Below are positions 20,132 to 31,122 of a DNA stretch of 64,000 nt, in pieces. The notes beneath the pieces are model-generated. The model did no database searches and was not told the DNA's origin. It worked only from the letters and a program-made list of their open reading frames with translations. The stretch covers positions 1-64,000 of the forward strand of contig JBFLWF010000011.1 in assembly GCA_040758355.1 (NCBI GenBank), given 5' to 3'. This DNA is from Nitrospirota bacterium (GTDB lineage: Bacteria; Nitrospirota; Thermodesulfovibrionia; Thermodesulfovibrionales; Dissulfurispiraceae). Each line of letters opens with the position of its first letter. The stretch's first letter is position 1. The position numbers were made by a program, and so were the translations under genes.

Positions 20132-23100
20132 TTAACTATGAATCCTAAAATCCACCGCTACAACACGGATCTCAACAACATCGTGACAAGTTTTCTCTAT
20201 CTCCAGTGCTTTATCCTCAAGAAGTCTTACCAGCTCAGAAAAGTCAATGTATCGCTTTTCCGTAGGATGATTCCATTGCTGTTGCCGTCCGATATATCCT
20301 AACAGATAAATTCCATAGCGAACATTATAAGCTCTGAGATATTGACCAACAAGCTGGTTTTCTAATCGCTCTAATAGTTCTGGGGCAGTCCAGTTTTCAG
20401 CCCATTTGAGTTCTACTGGAACTGCAGGAATGCCCGGATATTCAAATCTCAAATCAGGTTTCTGTCCAAAGTCTATTTCCGCTTCTTGAGGTATGTTATA
20501 CCGTTGCCGTGACCGTTCATTAAGTTTGCGTTGAAACCAACGCCTCAAAGCCGCTTCATCCCAATCTTTATGGACCTCTTCGCGCAGACTATTTTCTGTT
20601 TGTTCAACCTCGTGCTTGATGTCCTGTAGTCGCCAACAAGCAATTCTGAATAACTCAGTGTCATTACGTGGATTAGTTTCAAGTCCCTCCGAGAAAGTAC
20701 GGAAATCATCCACTTTCATAGGAGGTAGATCAACCCTCTGTGCGAGATGCTGCTCAATTAAATGAGTAATCCAATCTTGATATTTGGATAATTCAGGGGC
20801 AGTTTTCAATTCTTTCAAAGCAGTGAGCACATCTGGGTCATCAAGCTGTGCCAATCGTTGCAACAAGCTGTTTCTGAAATGTTGAGCGTCATCGCGAGGC
20901 GTGGGAGTATATGCTTCGCCGTTGGCGCGATCAATATCCTCACTCGGACGGACATGGCGATATATCATAGGAATAAATAAACGCATTGCAGATGGCTGTA
21001 GATACTCCGGTCTTGCCACTTGAGGGATAGAACGGCTACGATATTCATGCAGAGATGCGCACATGTGGAGTACGAGTTCATCGGCTTGCGGCGATGGCAA
21101 TTCGGCAAGATAAGCATTAAGCCATGTCAACGCGGCTATAGCGTTTAATTGCAGCCAGACTGAAAGCCATGTAAAAAAGAAAGGGCTATCCGATGCATAG
21201 TTTTCTATGCGCTTAGAGGCAAGAGTGCTTAGCTCGGAATGATAAATGTTGCCTGACTTCAGGAGAATGGAAATCGCATAGTCAAGAATCTCTGGATGAC
21301 TTGGGTTTTGCCGTTGTAATTGAGCAAGCAAATCGCTGGCAACAAGGGACCAGTATCTCTCGCCATGCCACCGAAGTTTATAGAGTGTTTCAGAAACATA
21401 TTCTCGGTCCCGCTCATATCGCCACTCACCTTCTATGCAGGCTCTCAGCGTCTGACGAAAAATCTGCGGCTTAGCTCCCACAAAATCCGGCAGCCAATCA
21501 GGAAAGCCATTCAGTTCCCAGAGCGCAAAACGGCAGGCACGCTCTGCCTCTTGATCAGACAATGCAGAAAAATTAATCTGACCTTTCTGCCATAAAGATT
21601 GTAGACCGCATAAGCCGATGACAATTTGAGTGTTCGTCTGATTCAAAACTGGTCTTTCATGAGGCAAAATAGGCGTATGGCGGACCCACACAACTTCGCA
21701 ACCATGTCTAACGGCCCAAGCGATTGCTGGACCTCGTCTTCTTTTTAGTGCTGCCCAATCGTCAGCGGCCCATGACAATGAGTTGCCTTTGCTTCTTGCC
21801 TCATGTGACAGATTGCCTATCCATTGTATAGCAGTTCCAGAATACAACCTGTAAATATGGCGATGTAATATATATTGATCTTTTATCCAACCCATTGCTC
21901 TCTGAAGTCGCCAGCCTTTTCGTCTCCACCAATAATCCTCTAAAAACTTATACTTAATCTGCCTATACCAAAATGAAATGATAGGAGCAGTCAGCCGCTG
22001 CCAAGTATATTTCCAAAATAAACTGTGGAATTCGTGCATAGCGAACTGAACGTGTAATAGCGCAAACCACTGTTTCCATTGGAAGCGATATGGTTGCCAT
22101 AACTCGAAAGCAAAACGCATAGATAATAGGCGATCTTCATACGCCTCTAACTGTCCCGCATCAGCAGTCATCCAGAAGATATCTGAGTTATTAAACGAAA
22201 TGATCTGATGATGCCACCCCGTAGCTTGAAGGAGCCAGCCAGGTTCTCTTTGATGACTATCTCGATATTTGGCTACACCTTGCCATAGATACTCTCGTTT
22301 GACAATTGGATGGGAATATATAGCGTCGGAAACCTCTTGGTATTCCTTTTCTTCACTATATCCACCATAGTGCCTGTGTGCTTCCATTATACGAATACCT
22401 CTTGCAATAACTTTAGCCGCGCACAAACTTAAGTGATAATCAGCGAGCAGTTTTTTTAAAATGATAGGAACTATATCGCATAACCAGCTGAATCTGCTGG
22501 AAATTGGTTCAACATCCTGACCATGCTCAAGGTATGGTGCCGTATGCAGCAACTCAACAACAACTTCGAGTAAAAGCGCAGCGAGAGACGGTGTAAGCTT
22601 TTCTTCTAAATGATGTTTAAGAGTCCATAGTAGATGCGAACCATGACGGCTCTGTGGTTCTGTTCTTCTTATAAGTCCAGCTAAACCGCTTGCATCAATG
22701 GCATCAGGATAAAGGGCTTCACAAATTACTCCCGCAAGGCCGTTTGATATTGTTGCAAAAGTATCCACAATTTCTTTAAGCCTTGTTTTCATTTGAACAT
22801 CGGCACAGTCGCGTAACGCAGCAGCGGCATATTGTTTGATTCTATCATCTTCTGCAGGATCGGCTATTACGGTCAATGCCGCCTCCAGACAGGCTGTCAG
22901 CCTGCCATGCCGTACTAATGAAAGCATGTCTGCTCTCAGATCATCAGCCAAATAACGATTAAGAATAATATCAGACACATCCGATGCCAAGGCTGGATCA
23001 GATAGTCGTGCGAGGGTCTGGGGTTCGTAATCCAGCCAAACTTGCCGTCAATCTTTATAGCGAGTAGTTAATGCCTGAAGAATCTTTCGTTTGTAATCAA

Positions 23101-24415
23101 GGGGCAACTGAGCCGGATCGCCATAAATGAAATGGACTCCCGGAGCCGCCTGAAGCAATCTTTCACGCACTAACCTGTTGTGAGGGGCATTTCCACTTGC
23201 AAGCCATGCCGCAACCGGTGCAAGTGCCAGGCGCAAAATAAATTCACCTTGCCGTCTGTCAAACAATAGATCATCAAGCCGATCAATCGGGCAGCCGTCT
23301 TTCATGCGTTCATTCAGCCAGGAAGCAGCCAGATACTCCAAAGTTCTGCGGTGATGGAATCGTATACATCCATAAGTTGCACCATCAAACAAAGGACGAT
23401 CCAACAGAGAGCGTCTTTCTGCTGCTGACCAATCAGCAGGAAGACAAATTGATGCATCTATCGCGGCAGATGCCGGTATGAATGCGTCATCCGGCACCTT
23501 AAAGTTAAGGTTTTTGCATAACATGGCGGCAGCAGCCAGCGCCTCCGCGCCTTTCCGAGCTTTTTCCAGTGTCAAATGACAAGCTGTCTCACGCGTTTCA
23601 CTTTCACGCAAGGAGCGAGTCAGATTGTGTTCAATTAGTTCAGTAAGACTGCCCAGTCGGCCATAATCTTGCCAGTATTCAACCATGGCATTTACATCTA
23701 AAGGACGGCGTGCAAATTCCCATGCATAATGCTCGTTTAATGCTTGAATAAAATCATCAGGAGCAGCCACCCCACGCCCTTGAGCGTAAAGTCGTACCCG
23801 AGACTGATCAAGAGGCGCAAGATGTACCACCAATAGTTTACTGTTCTGATCTTTATTCTCATGATTTGAATAGGGGAGTGGAAATCGGATATTGATCTCA
23901 TGCTCATCGGTCACACGCCGCCACTCGCTGATACGCGAACTAAAGATCAATGAGGCTCGTCTTAAATCCTGAATATTTATAGCATCTCTGATTTTATCCA
24001 AAGCAGTCAAAAAGTCGTCAGATTTTCTGAGTTTTGACTCATCAACCGAGTCGAAGAAAAAATAAGCGAAATGTCGGCCACGCTTCCATTTCTGAAAGTC
24101 TTTTCGATCACACTCGCTGAGAACTTCTGTGAAAGGTTCATACACTAAACGATCTAATCTCAATAAAAATGCCTGTTCGGACTGCCTATGCAGCTTGTCT
24201 AACTGCAAACGGAATTCAGTGCTCTTTCCACTGCCGGGTTCACCTAAAATAACAACCAAGCGATGTTGCAGAAGTTCAGACCAGCTAAGACTTGCCTCGC
24301 TGCCAAGCCGAGAGAGCAAATAGCTATCTTGCGCTGATTCTTCCGGATTATCCTTATCTGGTGCTTTGTAGAAGCGACGATTAAGCTCAATAAATTTCGT
24401 CATATCTTCTGGCAA
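20132..24415 (-). pseudogene. Large STAND/NACHT NTPase with C-terminal PD-(D/E)xK nuclease-like domain (Avs/NLR-like), split by one in-frame TGA at 23048-23050
   Basis: Walker A GEPGSGKS and Walker B FFFDSVDE; C-terminal KPDLR...VELKW...NQLVGQY. The two ORFs are in the same frame with 19 open codons between them. Confidence 0.75.
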
Positions 24416-24551
24416 GCTGAACTCTCTGTGTCATTAGAAGCCATTCTGAACGCGCCCTACTCCTTATTTTTATTTCATGATCGAAAAGGACGGGATTTAT
24501 CAGTTCAGTTCTCGTTTATTGCTCATTTCACAGCATTGTGTTAATAGTCCG

Positions 24552-24788
24552 TTATGCAGCCTGAAGTGAAATTTTCCGGACATGCAATATCTCTTTGCTA
24601 TCCATTAATCTAATATCGTCATGGGTCAGCGTAATTACTGCAATTGTTCGTCCGTCGGCTGATACAAACTCAACTTCGTACGCCTTGGCGTCACTATAAC
24701 AATGCACAACCGTGCCTATATCTCCTTCCTTCAGGTCGTATTCTTCAATATCATGGATCAGAACCACCGTATCTAATTCTCTAATCAT
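24552..24788 (-). CDS. DUF4926 domain protein
   Basis: ELDTVVL..DI....LKEGDIGTVVH...AYEVEF...DGRT. Confidence 0.85.
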   Translation of the reverse strand: MIRELDTVVLIHDIEEYDLKEGDIGTVVHCYSDAKAYEVEFVSADGRTIAVITLTHDDIRLMDSKEILHVRKISLQAA

Positions 24789-24803
24789 AGCTTAAACCTC
24801 CTT

Positions 24804-25136
24804 TTAAATAGGATATGTTGTTACAAAACGCGGGCTGGTGTGCCCCTTGTCGATAATCCAGATTGTCCGCACCTTGACAGCCTCACCCGCCGGCGTTTGA
24901 AGCAGCCCGTCTATAACATATTTTACACCATGCATTGACGATACCGCTTCTTCCACTTCTTCTGTCCGTGCAATGGTTAACAACCCTTGTTTTAACAAAT
25001 CCGCATTCATCTCATTAAAACCAAATGAACGAAAAAATTTAGCCTTTGATTTTCCGATAGGATGCGTTTCTGAGAGCAGATAATCCTTAATCTTTAAAAG
25101 CGGGATATATGCTTTTTCTCTGTCAGGAAGCTTCAC
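24804..25136 (-). CDS. DUF6883-like protein (putative toxin partner of DUF4926)
   Basis: MKLP...A.I...KI.DYLL...HP.GKSKAKFF...GF; PRFVTTYP; GTGA overlap with the aroK stop. Confidence 0.7.
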   Translation of the reverse strand: MKLPDREKAYIPLLKIKDYLLSETHPIGKSKAKFFRSFGFNEMNADLLKQGLLTIARTEEVEEAVSSMHGVKYVIDGLLQTPAGEAVKVRTIWIIDKGHTSPRFVTTYPI

Positions 25137-25645
25137 TCCAATATCCCCTTCACCTTCTCGATTATCTCTTCCGCCACTTCGATTGGACTCTTCCCTTCCG
25201 TATCTATCATTATATCCGCCTTCTCATAATATGGCTTCCTGAATTCGAGGAGTTCCTTTATCCTTTGAAGGGGATTATCCACCTGAAGGAGCGGCCTGTC
25301 ATTGTTGTTGCCCGTCCTTTTAAGAATGGTCTCTGGAGATGCAGTAAGGCAGATTATCACTCCGTTCTTCCTGAGATTATCCATATTCTCCTGCCTGAGC
25401 ACTGCACCGCCTCCTGTGGATATGACTGCATTCTTTATCTCCGAAAGTCTCTTTATGACATTTGATTCTATCTCTCTGAATTTAGGCTCTCCGTATTGCT
25501 TAAAGATCTCTGTTATAGTAATCCCCTGCTCTTTCTCTATCTCGGTGTCTGCATCCACCAGCACATATCCCAGTTTCCTGGACAATATCCTGCCCACCTC
25601 TGTCTTTCCTGTCCCCATAAAACCTGTAAGAACAATGTTCTTCAT
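25133..25645 (-). CDS. aroK: Shikimate kinase
   Basis: GFMGTGKT, GE..FR..E, STGGG, RPLL. Confidence 0.96.
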   Translation of the reverse strand: MKNIVLTGFMGTGKTEVGRILSRKLGYVLVDADTEIEKEQGITITEIFKQYGEPKFREIESNVIKRLSEIKNAVISTGGGAVLRQENMDNLRKNGVIICLTASPETILKRTGNNNDRPLLQVDNPLQRIKELLEFRKPYYEKADIMIDTEGKSPIEVAEEIIEKVKGILE

Positions 25646-25656
25646 AAAATCTCCAA

Positions 25657-25705
25657 GTGAATGAGTAAATGGGTATATGAGTTTTTACTCATTTACTCAT
25701 TAACT
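25657..25705. repeat. Octamer repeats, partly inverted
   Basis: ATGAGTAA ATGGGTAT ATGAGTTT / TTACTCAT TTACTCAT. Confidence 0.7.
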
Positions 25706-25724
25706 AATTATGTTAAAATATTCC

Positions 25725-26264
25725 ATGAAACTTTCTTATTATACAAGATTTTCATTAATTATTATCCTCGTTTTATTCATTACATTCCCCACAGCAAATG
25801 CATCGCAGCAGAAGTTCCGCGTTACAGAAGTCCATGACGGCGATACTATAAGCATAAGGACAAGGAGCTTTGCAGGCGTACCTCTCAAGATAGAGCGCGT
25901 CAGGCTTATAGGCATTGATGCACCGGAGTTGAAACAAGAACCATGGGGGAGGCTATCAAAGAGATATTTGAAGAAGCTTATAAGCGAAAGCGACTGGGTT
26001 GTAAGTATTGAATTTGATGTTGAACAAAGAGATAAATATGGGAGGCTTCTGAGCTATGTATGGGATAAAAAGGGACGGTTGATCAATGAAAAAATGATCG
26101 AGAATGGATATGCAATGCTCTATACAATCCCGCCGAATGTAAAATATGCAGAAAAATTCACTGCAGCACAGAAAAAGGCACAAGCACGCCAGATCGGAAT
26201 ATGGGGCAAGAAAGGCCTCAGAAAGAGTCCTGAACAGTGGAGAATGGAACATCCGAGGAACTAA
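25725..26264 (+). CDS. Secreted thermonuclease (SNase) family protein
   Basis: Signal peptide, VHDGDT, VRLIGIDAPE, DKYGRLL. Confidence 0.92.
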   Translation: MKLSYYTRFSLIIILVLFITFPTANASQQKFRVTEVHDGDTISIRTRSFAGVPLKIERVRLIGIDAPELKQEPWGRLSKRYLKKLISESDWVVSIEFDVEQRDKYGRLLSYVWDKKGRLINEKMIENGYAMLYTIPPNVKYAEKFTAAQKKAQARQIGIWGKKGLRKSPEQWRMEHPRN

Positions 26265-27586
26265 ATCTCAAAACTCTTTCTTCTCCTGTACTTCTCAAAT
26301 TCTTCCCTCTTTTCCTCGTATCCCCTTTTCCCCATCATTCCATATGTGAGATTCTTTCCTTCCTCGACACCGGGCTGGTTGAATGGGTTTATGCCGTATA
26401 AGAAGCCTGCCACTGCAGTCGAGATTTCAAAAAAATGGAATAACTGGCCGAGATGGTATGCATCTATTTTGGGAAGTTTTATGGTAATGCTCGGCCTGCC
26501 GTTCTTTGCAAGGGCAATCTCGGATGCCTCCTGCTCAATCCTTATCAGCTCACCGAGAGAATGCCCTGAAAGATAACTCAATCCCTCCATATCCTGAAAA
26601 ACATCGGGAATATTTATATCAACGCCATAGTCCTCGATTGACAAAAACACAACAACCTTGTCTTCAGGCCCTTCCATCCACAACTGCAACTGGGAGTGCT
26701 GATCCGTAGTGCCAACAGACGGATATGGCGTGAGGCCTTTGCCGTCTTTTCCAAGGCTCTCAGCCCACAACTGACAGAACCATTCGGAAAATGACTTCAG
26801 GCGGTCTGCATAAGGCATTATCACTGTAATGTTTTTATTTTTAAGCTGCTGCATAAGGTAGAGACCTGCTGAAAAAAGATATGCAGGGTTCTGCCACAAA
26901 TCAGCATTCATGCATTTATCATGAATATCCTTTGCGCCCTTGAGCATATCGTCAGAGCTAATCCCTATCGCCTCAGCAAGGAGCAATCCCACAGGACTTA
27001 AGACAGAGTATCTTCCTCCGACTCCATGAGGGATTGGAAGGGACATAAGGCAGTAATCCTTTACAATCTTCCTGAGGTTGCCTTTCTCCGGGTCTGTTGT
27101 AACAATAACATGTTCTTCTAATTTTAATGACTGCTCCTGCAGTATTTTCCATATGATCATAAAAGATGCAATGGTTTCCGCTGTGCTTCCTGATTTTGTT
27201 ATAATGTTTATGACTGTTTTTTTAAGGTCTATCAAACTTAGTATATTCTTTAATGTTGCAGGGTCCACATTGTCGTAAATGAAAACCCTCGGCTTGTTTT
27301 TAAGATTGTGAAAGGGGCTTAATGCCTCAAGTATAGACCTCGGCCCAAGCGCAGAGCCGCCGATTCCCAGAAGCAGGAAGTTTTCGAATTTGCTTGCGTA
27401 TTTTCCCAATTCCTTTATTTGAGAGGTGTCTGCCTTATGCAGGTCAAGGAATTCGAGTTCTGGGTATTTCCTTGTTTCTATTATTTCGGCTATTTTTTCA
27501 GCGGCGATATTTTTGAAATCATCCTTTGTCAGGCCGTTCCTGCCCACAGCATCCTGCATTAAATTGGAAAAGTCGATCCTTATCAT
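26261..27586 (-). CDS. pgi: Glucose-6-phosphate isomerase
   Basis: GIGGSALG, TKSGSTAET, VGGRYSV, QLWAESLGK, DQHS, NPFNQPGVEEGK. Confidence 0.95.
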   Translation of the reverse strand: MIRIDFSNLMQDAVGRNGLTKDDFKNIAAEKIAEIIETRKYPELEFLDLHKADTSQIKELGKYASKFENFLLLGIGGSALGPRSILEALSPFHNLKNKPRVFIYDNVDPATLKNILSLIDLKKTVINIITKSGSTAETIASFMIIWKILQEQSLKLEEHVIVTTDPEKGNLRKIVKDYCLMSLPIPHGVGGRYSVLSPVGLLLAEAIGISSDDMLKGAKDIHDKCMNADLWQNPAYLFSAGLYLMQQLKNKNITVIMPYADRLKSFSEWFCQLWAESLGKDGKGLTPYPSVGTTDQHSQLQLWMEGPEDKVVVFLSIEDYGVDINIPDVFQDMEGLSYLSGHSLGELIRIEQEASEIALAKNGRPSITIKLPKIDAYHLGQLFHFFEISTAVAGFLYGINPFNQPGVEEGKNLTYGMMGKRGYEEKREEFEKYRRRKSFEI

Positions 27587-27598
27587 AACTCCCTCCGG

Positions 27599-27745
27599 CT
27601 AATCCCTGCTCTTTGGTCTTTTTATCTGATTCTTTACAACCAGCATCACAAGCAATGCAAGTATTATTGCAATGCCCATGAACTTCGCAAGTTTCAGCGC
27701 CATAAAAATCAGGATTATGGCTATTATTATGAGCCAGTTTAACAT
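27599..27745 (-). CDS. Small 48-aa membrane protein (not in the ORF track)
   Basis: MLNWLIIIAIILIFMALKLAKFMGIAIILALLVMLVVKNQIKRPKSRD; fills the atpI-pgi gap. Confidence 0.6.
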   Translation of the reverse strand: MLNWLIIIAIILIFMALKLAKFMGIAIILALLVMLVVKNQIKRPKSRD

Positions 27746-27748
27746 AGG

Positions 27749-28114
27749 TCATGCGCCCTTTTTAGCTGCAATCAATCCCTCTTTCACTATGATAATAAAT
27801 ACTACAGTAAAACCGATTAACAGTCCATACGGTTTAATGACCTTAAATATGGCGAGTATTATGAGGATGGAAAAGATCACGAGAAGCCTGAACATGCTTA
27901 AGACCATCATCTTTGTCTGGGCCTTTTCTGTTCCGAGCAAAGCCCTCACGCTCCAGACGATTCCGCGCAGATTGACCTCGCCTGCAAGGCCTCCGATCAC
28001 TATGCCCAATGAAAAGCGCCAGTCCCTAAAAAAGAGGGTTATTATCGCAAGTGCCCCAATAACAAATGCCGACTGCCGGTAAATCCTTTTAATCATTAAC
28101 TCCGGATGTTCCAT
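27749..28114 (-). CDS. atpI: ATP synthase protein I
   Basis: 121 aa, 4 TM, SLGIVIGG...N...R pattern; follows an AtpZ-like gene. Confidence 0.75.
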   Translation of the reverse strand: MEHPELMIKRIYRQSAFVIGALAIITLFFRDWRFSLGIVIGGLAGEVNLRGIVWSVRALLGTEKAQTKMMVLSMFRLLVIFSILIILAIFKVIKPYGLLIGFTVVFIIIVKEGLIAAKKGA

Positions 28115-28121
28115 TAATTTT

Positions 28122-28343
28122 CTATTCCTCCTGTTTCTTCGCTATCCTGATGAGTTCCCTGAATCCTGCAATTATGCCGATAATCAGAAATATTACCGTC
28201 AAATAAGGCGATGTGCCGAAAAGTTTGTCAAGGCCGTAACCGATGGCAAGGCCGACAAACGTGGAAACAACAAGGTGTATGCCCACACTGCTTGCCTCAA
28301 GGAGTTGTTTGAATAATGTCTTTTCCGGCTGTTTCTCTGTCAA
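28122..28343 (-). CDS. AtpZ/AtpI (ATPase gene 1) family protein
   Basis: G..IGYGLDKLFGTSPY...IFLIIGIIAGF. Confidence 0.85.
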   Translation of the reverse strand: MTEKQPEKTLFKQLLEASSVGIHLVVSTFVGLAIGYGLDKLFGTSPYLTVIFLIIGIIAGFRELIRIAKKQEE

Positions 28344-28358
28344 TCAGTCACCCTTTTA

Positions 28359-28444
28359 GTGTAAATGGGTATATGGGTAAATGGGTATATGAGTTAATGG
28401 GTTCTCACTCATAACCCCATACACTCATCCACTCATTAACCCAT
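28359..28444. repeat. Octamer repeats in inverted arrangement
   Basis: ATGGGTAT ATGGGTAA ATGGGTAT ATGAGTTA ATGGGT.. then ..ACTCAT/..CCCAT units. Confidence 0.75.
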
Positions 28445-28964
28445 GTTCAGATAATATAAATTCCTTAAGTATATTTGCAATCTCTTTATAAAAAACAGTG
28501 CCTGCATATTTCTGAAGTTCGTTGCAATATTCGGGTATCCATTTAGCAAGATGTTCTTCAAGAAACCTTTTCTGAAGCTCCGAGATGCCGTTTTCTATCA
28601 AATAGCTCATGAAGAGCATCTCTGCTGATATGTGGTCAGGGATAAGGTTTATCTCCTCATCCATCACGATTCCTGCCGAGATGTAAAATGCCTGCACTTC
28701 CTCTGCAGCCTTTCCCCAGAGCCTCGGCCTGTCGCCCAGCGGGTAATTATGAAGGGATTCATATGGCATGAGGCGTCCGTCCGGTCCCAGAAAGATACGG
28801 GCAAAATCCATTCTTATCTCCTGTGGCGAATCGGCAAATTTCATCTGGAACATATCCTTAAGCTGTATAACTATTTCATCAGTGGGCTCATGAATAAACA
28901 GTCCGGCAAAAAGCCTGTACAGTTCTGCCCTCTCAATATCTTCCACATTATCGTAAAATGCCAC
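28425..28964 (-). CDS. TorD/DmsD family Mo-enzyme maturation chaperone
   Basis: PYES, PDHISAEMLFM, FLEEHLAKW. Confidence 0.88.
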   Translation of the reverse strand: MAFYDNVEDIERAELYRLFAGLFIHEPTDEIVIQLKDMFQMKFADSPQEIRMDFARIFLGPDGRLMPYESLHNYPLGDRPRLWGKAAEEVQAFYISAGIVMDEEINLIPDHISAEMLFMSYLIENGISELQKRFLEEHLAKWIPEYCNELQKYAGTVFYKEIANILKEFILSEHGLMSG

Positions 28965-29032
28965 AGCAAAACTCCAAAAAATGATTTAATATTATATTTT
29001 ACTCCAGATTCTGCTTTATCAAGCAATAAAAA

Positions 29033-29063
29033 ATCTCCCCATGGAAAAGCTCATGGGGAGATT
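29033..29063 (-). terminator. Intrinsic terminator after the nrfD-like gene
   Basis: AATCTCCCCATG...CATGGGGAGATT, followed on the minus strand by a T-run. Confidence 0.75.
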
Positions 29064-29080
29064 ATCGTATTTGCAGCGGA

Positions 29081-30334
29081 TTAATGCGATTCCTTGTAAT
29101 CGAATACAGGGAATATCTTGGCGAATATCCAGAACAGTACGAAAGGCATAATGAAAATACTTAATGCGCCGCCGAATCCTTCCTTGAAGGTTTCCCAGTC
29201 ATGCGGGATTATCGGCAGGTGATAATGCATGTACCCTGCAAATGTCAAAGAGAATGCCTGCCCTCCGATAACGACGTTCCATCTCATCATAAAGACGCCG
29301 AACATCACAAGGATTACAGCGATTACCGCACGTCTTATCGTAAGCCCCGGCATTACAAAGAGAATAAACGGAATGAGATTGCCAATGGTATACTGTAATA
29401 TAAATATATTTGTGAAGTCTTTCCCGTAAATAACGCTCCTTAAGACATCCCATGACTTAACTGCCGTGTATCCCCTGAAGATAAGGTCTAAAAGCTCAAG
29501 GCTTATTGCAAATATCAGGAATAAGAGGAGATATTTTGCAGTCATCCTTATGACATTGATCTCAACCCCTCCTATCTCCTCCCTTGTCTGAAGGTGCGTA
29601 TAGGTGGTCTTTTTGCGGGATGCGAGGAACTTCTTAATCTCCATGGTGACTATGTATGTGAGCATGCAGAGCGCAATCCCTGACACTACAGCAGACATTA
29701 TGAAGATAACAGGCATAAGCGGCGTCATCCACAATGCATTTGCCTTGACAGAGCCGAAGATGAACCCAGCGTAACCGTGGAGGAAACATGCGACGGGGAT
29801 GCCGAGACCCGCAAGGATCTTAATGGCCTTCTCGTCTCTTTTCAGAGATTCCTCGCTTATATCGTATACGCCGAGGGTCAGTGCGCAGAAAACGAGGTAT
29901 TTAAACCATTCAAACAGGGTTTTATCCTGTTTCGCCTTGAGTGGCAGGGCAATCTCTGTAAAATGTTTCCTGTATATGAACCACAACTCCGATGCAACTA
30001 TCGCCCCATATGCAGAAAAGACAATGCCAAAGGCAGCTATTGCAGAGGTGAAGTGAGGGGTCATGAATATATTAAAACCCCTGTGCGGGAACTGGAGATG
30101 CAGAACTATAGGCATGGGCGCTGCAAAAAGGAGGGCAAACGAGAACACAAGGGCAAATCTCGCCATATCCTTCAACTGTTTTATCCCGAAGACATGATAC
30201 AGCGATGAGAGTACAAATGCCCCAGCAACAAGTCCTGTCATGAAAGGATACATTACTATCTGTATGCTCCAGTATATGTATTCGTTTGGATAGGTAAAGA
30301 GCTCTTTTAGTGTCCAGACTTCTCCGTGAACCAT
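29081..30334 (-). CDS. NrfD/PsrC family quinol-interacting membrane subunit
   Basis: W...IVMYPFMTGLVAG, HL..P.R, LHGYAGFIFG, RWNVVIGGQ. Confidence 0.9.
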   Translation of the reverse strand: MVHGEVWTLKELFTYPNEYIYWSIQIVMYPFMTGLVAGAFVLSSLYHVFGIKQLKDMARFALVFSFALLFAAPMPIVLHLQFPHRGFNIFMTPHFTSAIAAFGIVFSAYGAIVASELWFIYRKHFTEIALPLKAKQDKTLFEWFKYLVFCALTLGVYDISEESLKRDEKAIKILAGLGIPVACFLHGYAGFIFGSVKANALWMTPLMPVIFIMSAVVSGIALCMLTYIVTMEIKKFLASRKKTTYTHLQTREEIGGVEINVIRMTAKYLLLFLIFAISLELLDLIFRGYTAVKSWDVLRSVIYGKDFTNIFILQYTIGNLIPFILFVMPGLTIRRAVIAVILVMFGVFMMRWNVVIGGQAFSLTFAGYMHYHLPIIPHDWETFKEGFGGALSIFIMPFVLFWIFAKIFPVFDYKESH

Positions 30335-30336
30335 GA

Positions 30337-31122
30337 TTATCTTACCTCCTTATCCAGGCCGATGTAATAGACCTGCGGTTTTGTTCCGAATTCTTCCTTT
30401 AATATCCCTACCCTTTCTGTCTTTATAATCTTTGTGACAGGGTCTTTGGGGTCTTTAATATTGCCTATCTGTCTTGCGCCAAAAGGACATGCACTAACGC
30501 ATGCTGTTTTCATGCCCTTTGTAATCCTGTGGTAGCAGAAATTGCACTTTTCAGCCGTATGGTGTTCAGGATGGAAGAATCTCACGCCGTAAGGACATGC
30601 CATTATGCAGTAACCGCAGCCGATGCAGGTCTTCCTGTCAACGAGTACGACGCCATCAGAGGTTTGATAGGTCGCTCCAACAGGGCATACCTGAACGCAC
30701 GGAGGATTTTCGCACTGGTTGCAGAGCTTTGGAACAAAAAATGCCTTGTCTATCTCCTCCTTTTTTATATCCTGATATTTTCCGGCTCCGAGATCGATCT
30801 TGCTTGTAGTAAAGCCATCCCTTGCCCCCTTTGGAGTGTCGGCAAATAGTTTCCCTTCCTTTGTAACAACGTATCTCTCAACCCATGTCCTTGTCACATT
30901 AGCATCGTAGGGGATCTCATTTTCGGTTTTGCATGCCTTGACGCAAAGACCGCAGCCGACACATTTGTATGTATCAACCAGAAAAACCCATCTGACATTT
31001 GATTTATCGTTTTTGCCCGCAAAAATCTTGTTGGGATTAACTATTTCCAGTGCTGCTATAGGCACTGCCAATCCTGCAATGCCCTTAACCGTATATTTCA
31101 ATAAGTCCCTTCTCGTTATCAT
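30337..31122 (-). CDS. Tat-exported 4Fe-4S dicluster protein (NrfC/DsrO-like)
   Basis: TRRDLLK; four Cys groups; GTKPQVYY. Confidence 0.9.
   Translation of the reverse strand: MITRRDLLKYTVKGIAGLAVPIAALEIVNPNKIFAGKNDKSNVRWVFLVDTYKCVGCGLCVKACKTENEIPYDANVTRTWVERYVVTKEGKLFADTPKGARDGFTTSKIDLGAGKYQDIKKEEIDKAFFVPKLCNQCENPPCVQVCPVGATYQTSDGVVLVDRKTCIGCGYCIMACPYGVRFFHPEHHTAEKCNFCYHRITKGMKTACVSACPFGARQIGNIKDPKDPVTKIIKTERVGILKEEFGTKPQVYYIGLDKEVR

Noticed and set aside
23000..23050. TGA as a selenocysteine codon in the STAND gene
   Set aside because: Only a weak 4-bp CTGG/CCAG stem follows, there is no redox-motif context, and this is not a known selenoprotein family.
27519..27752. Cys/His-rich 77-aa ORF from the track
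   Set aside because: Overlaps pgi; the alternative-frame 48-aa hydrophobic ORF fits the gap better.
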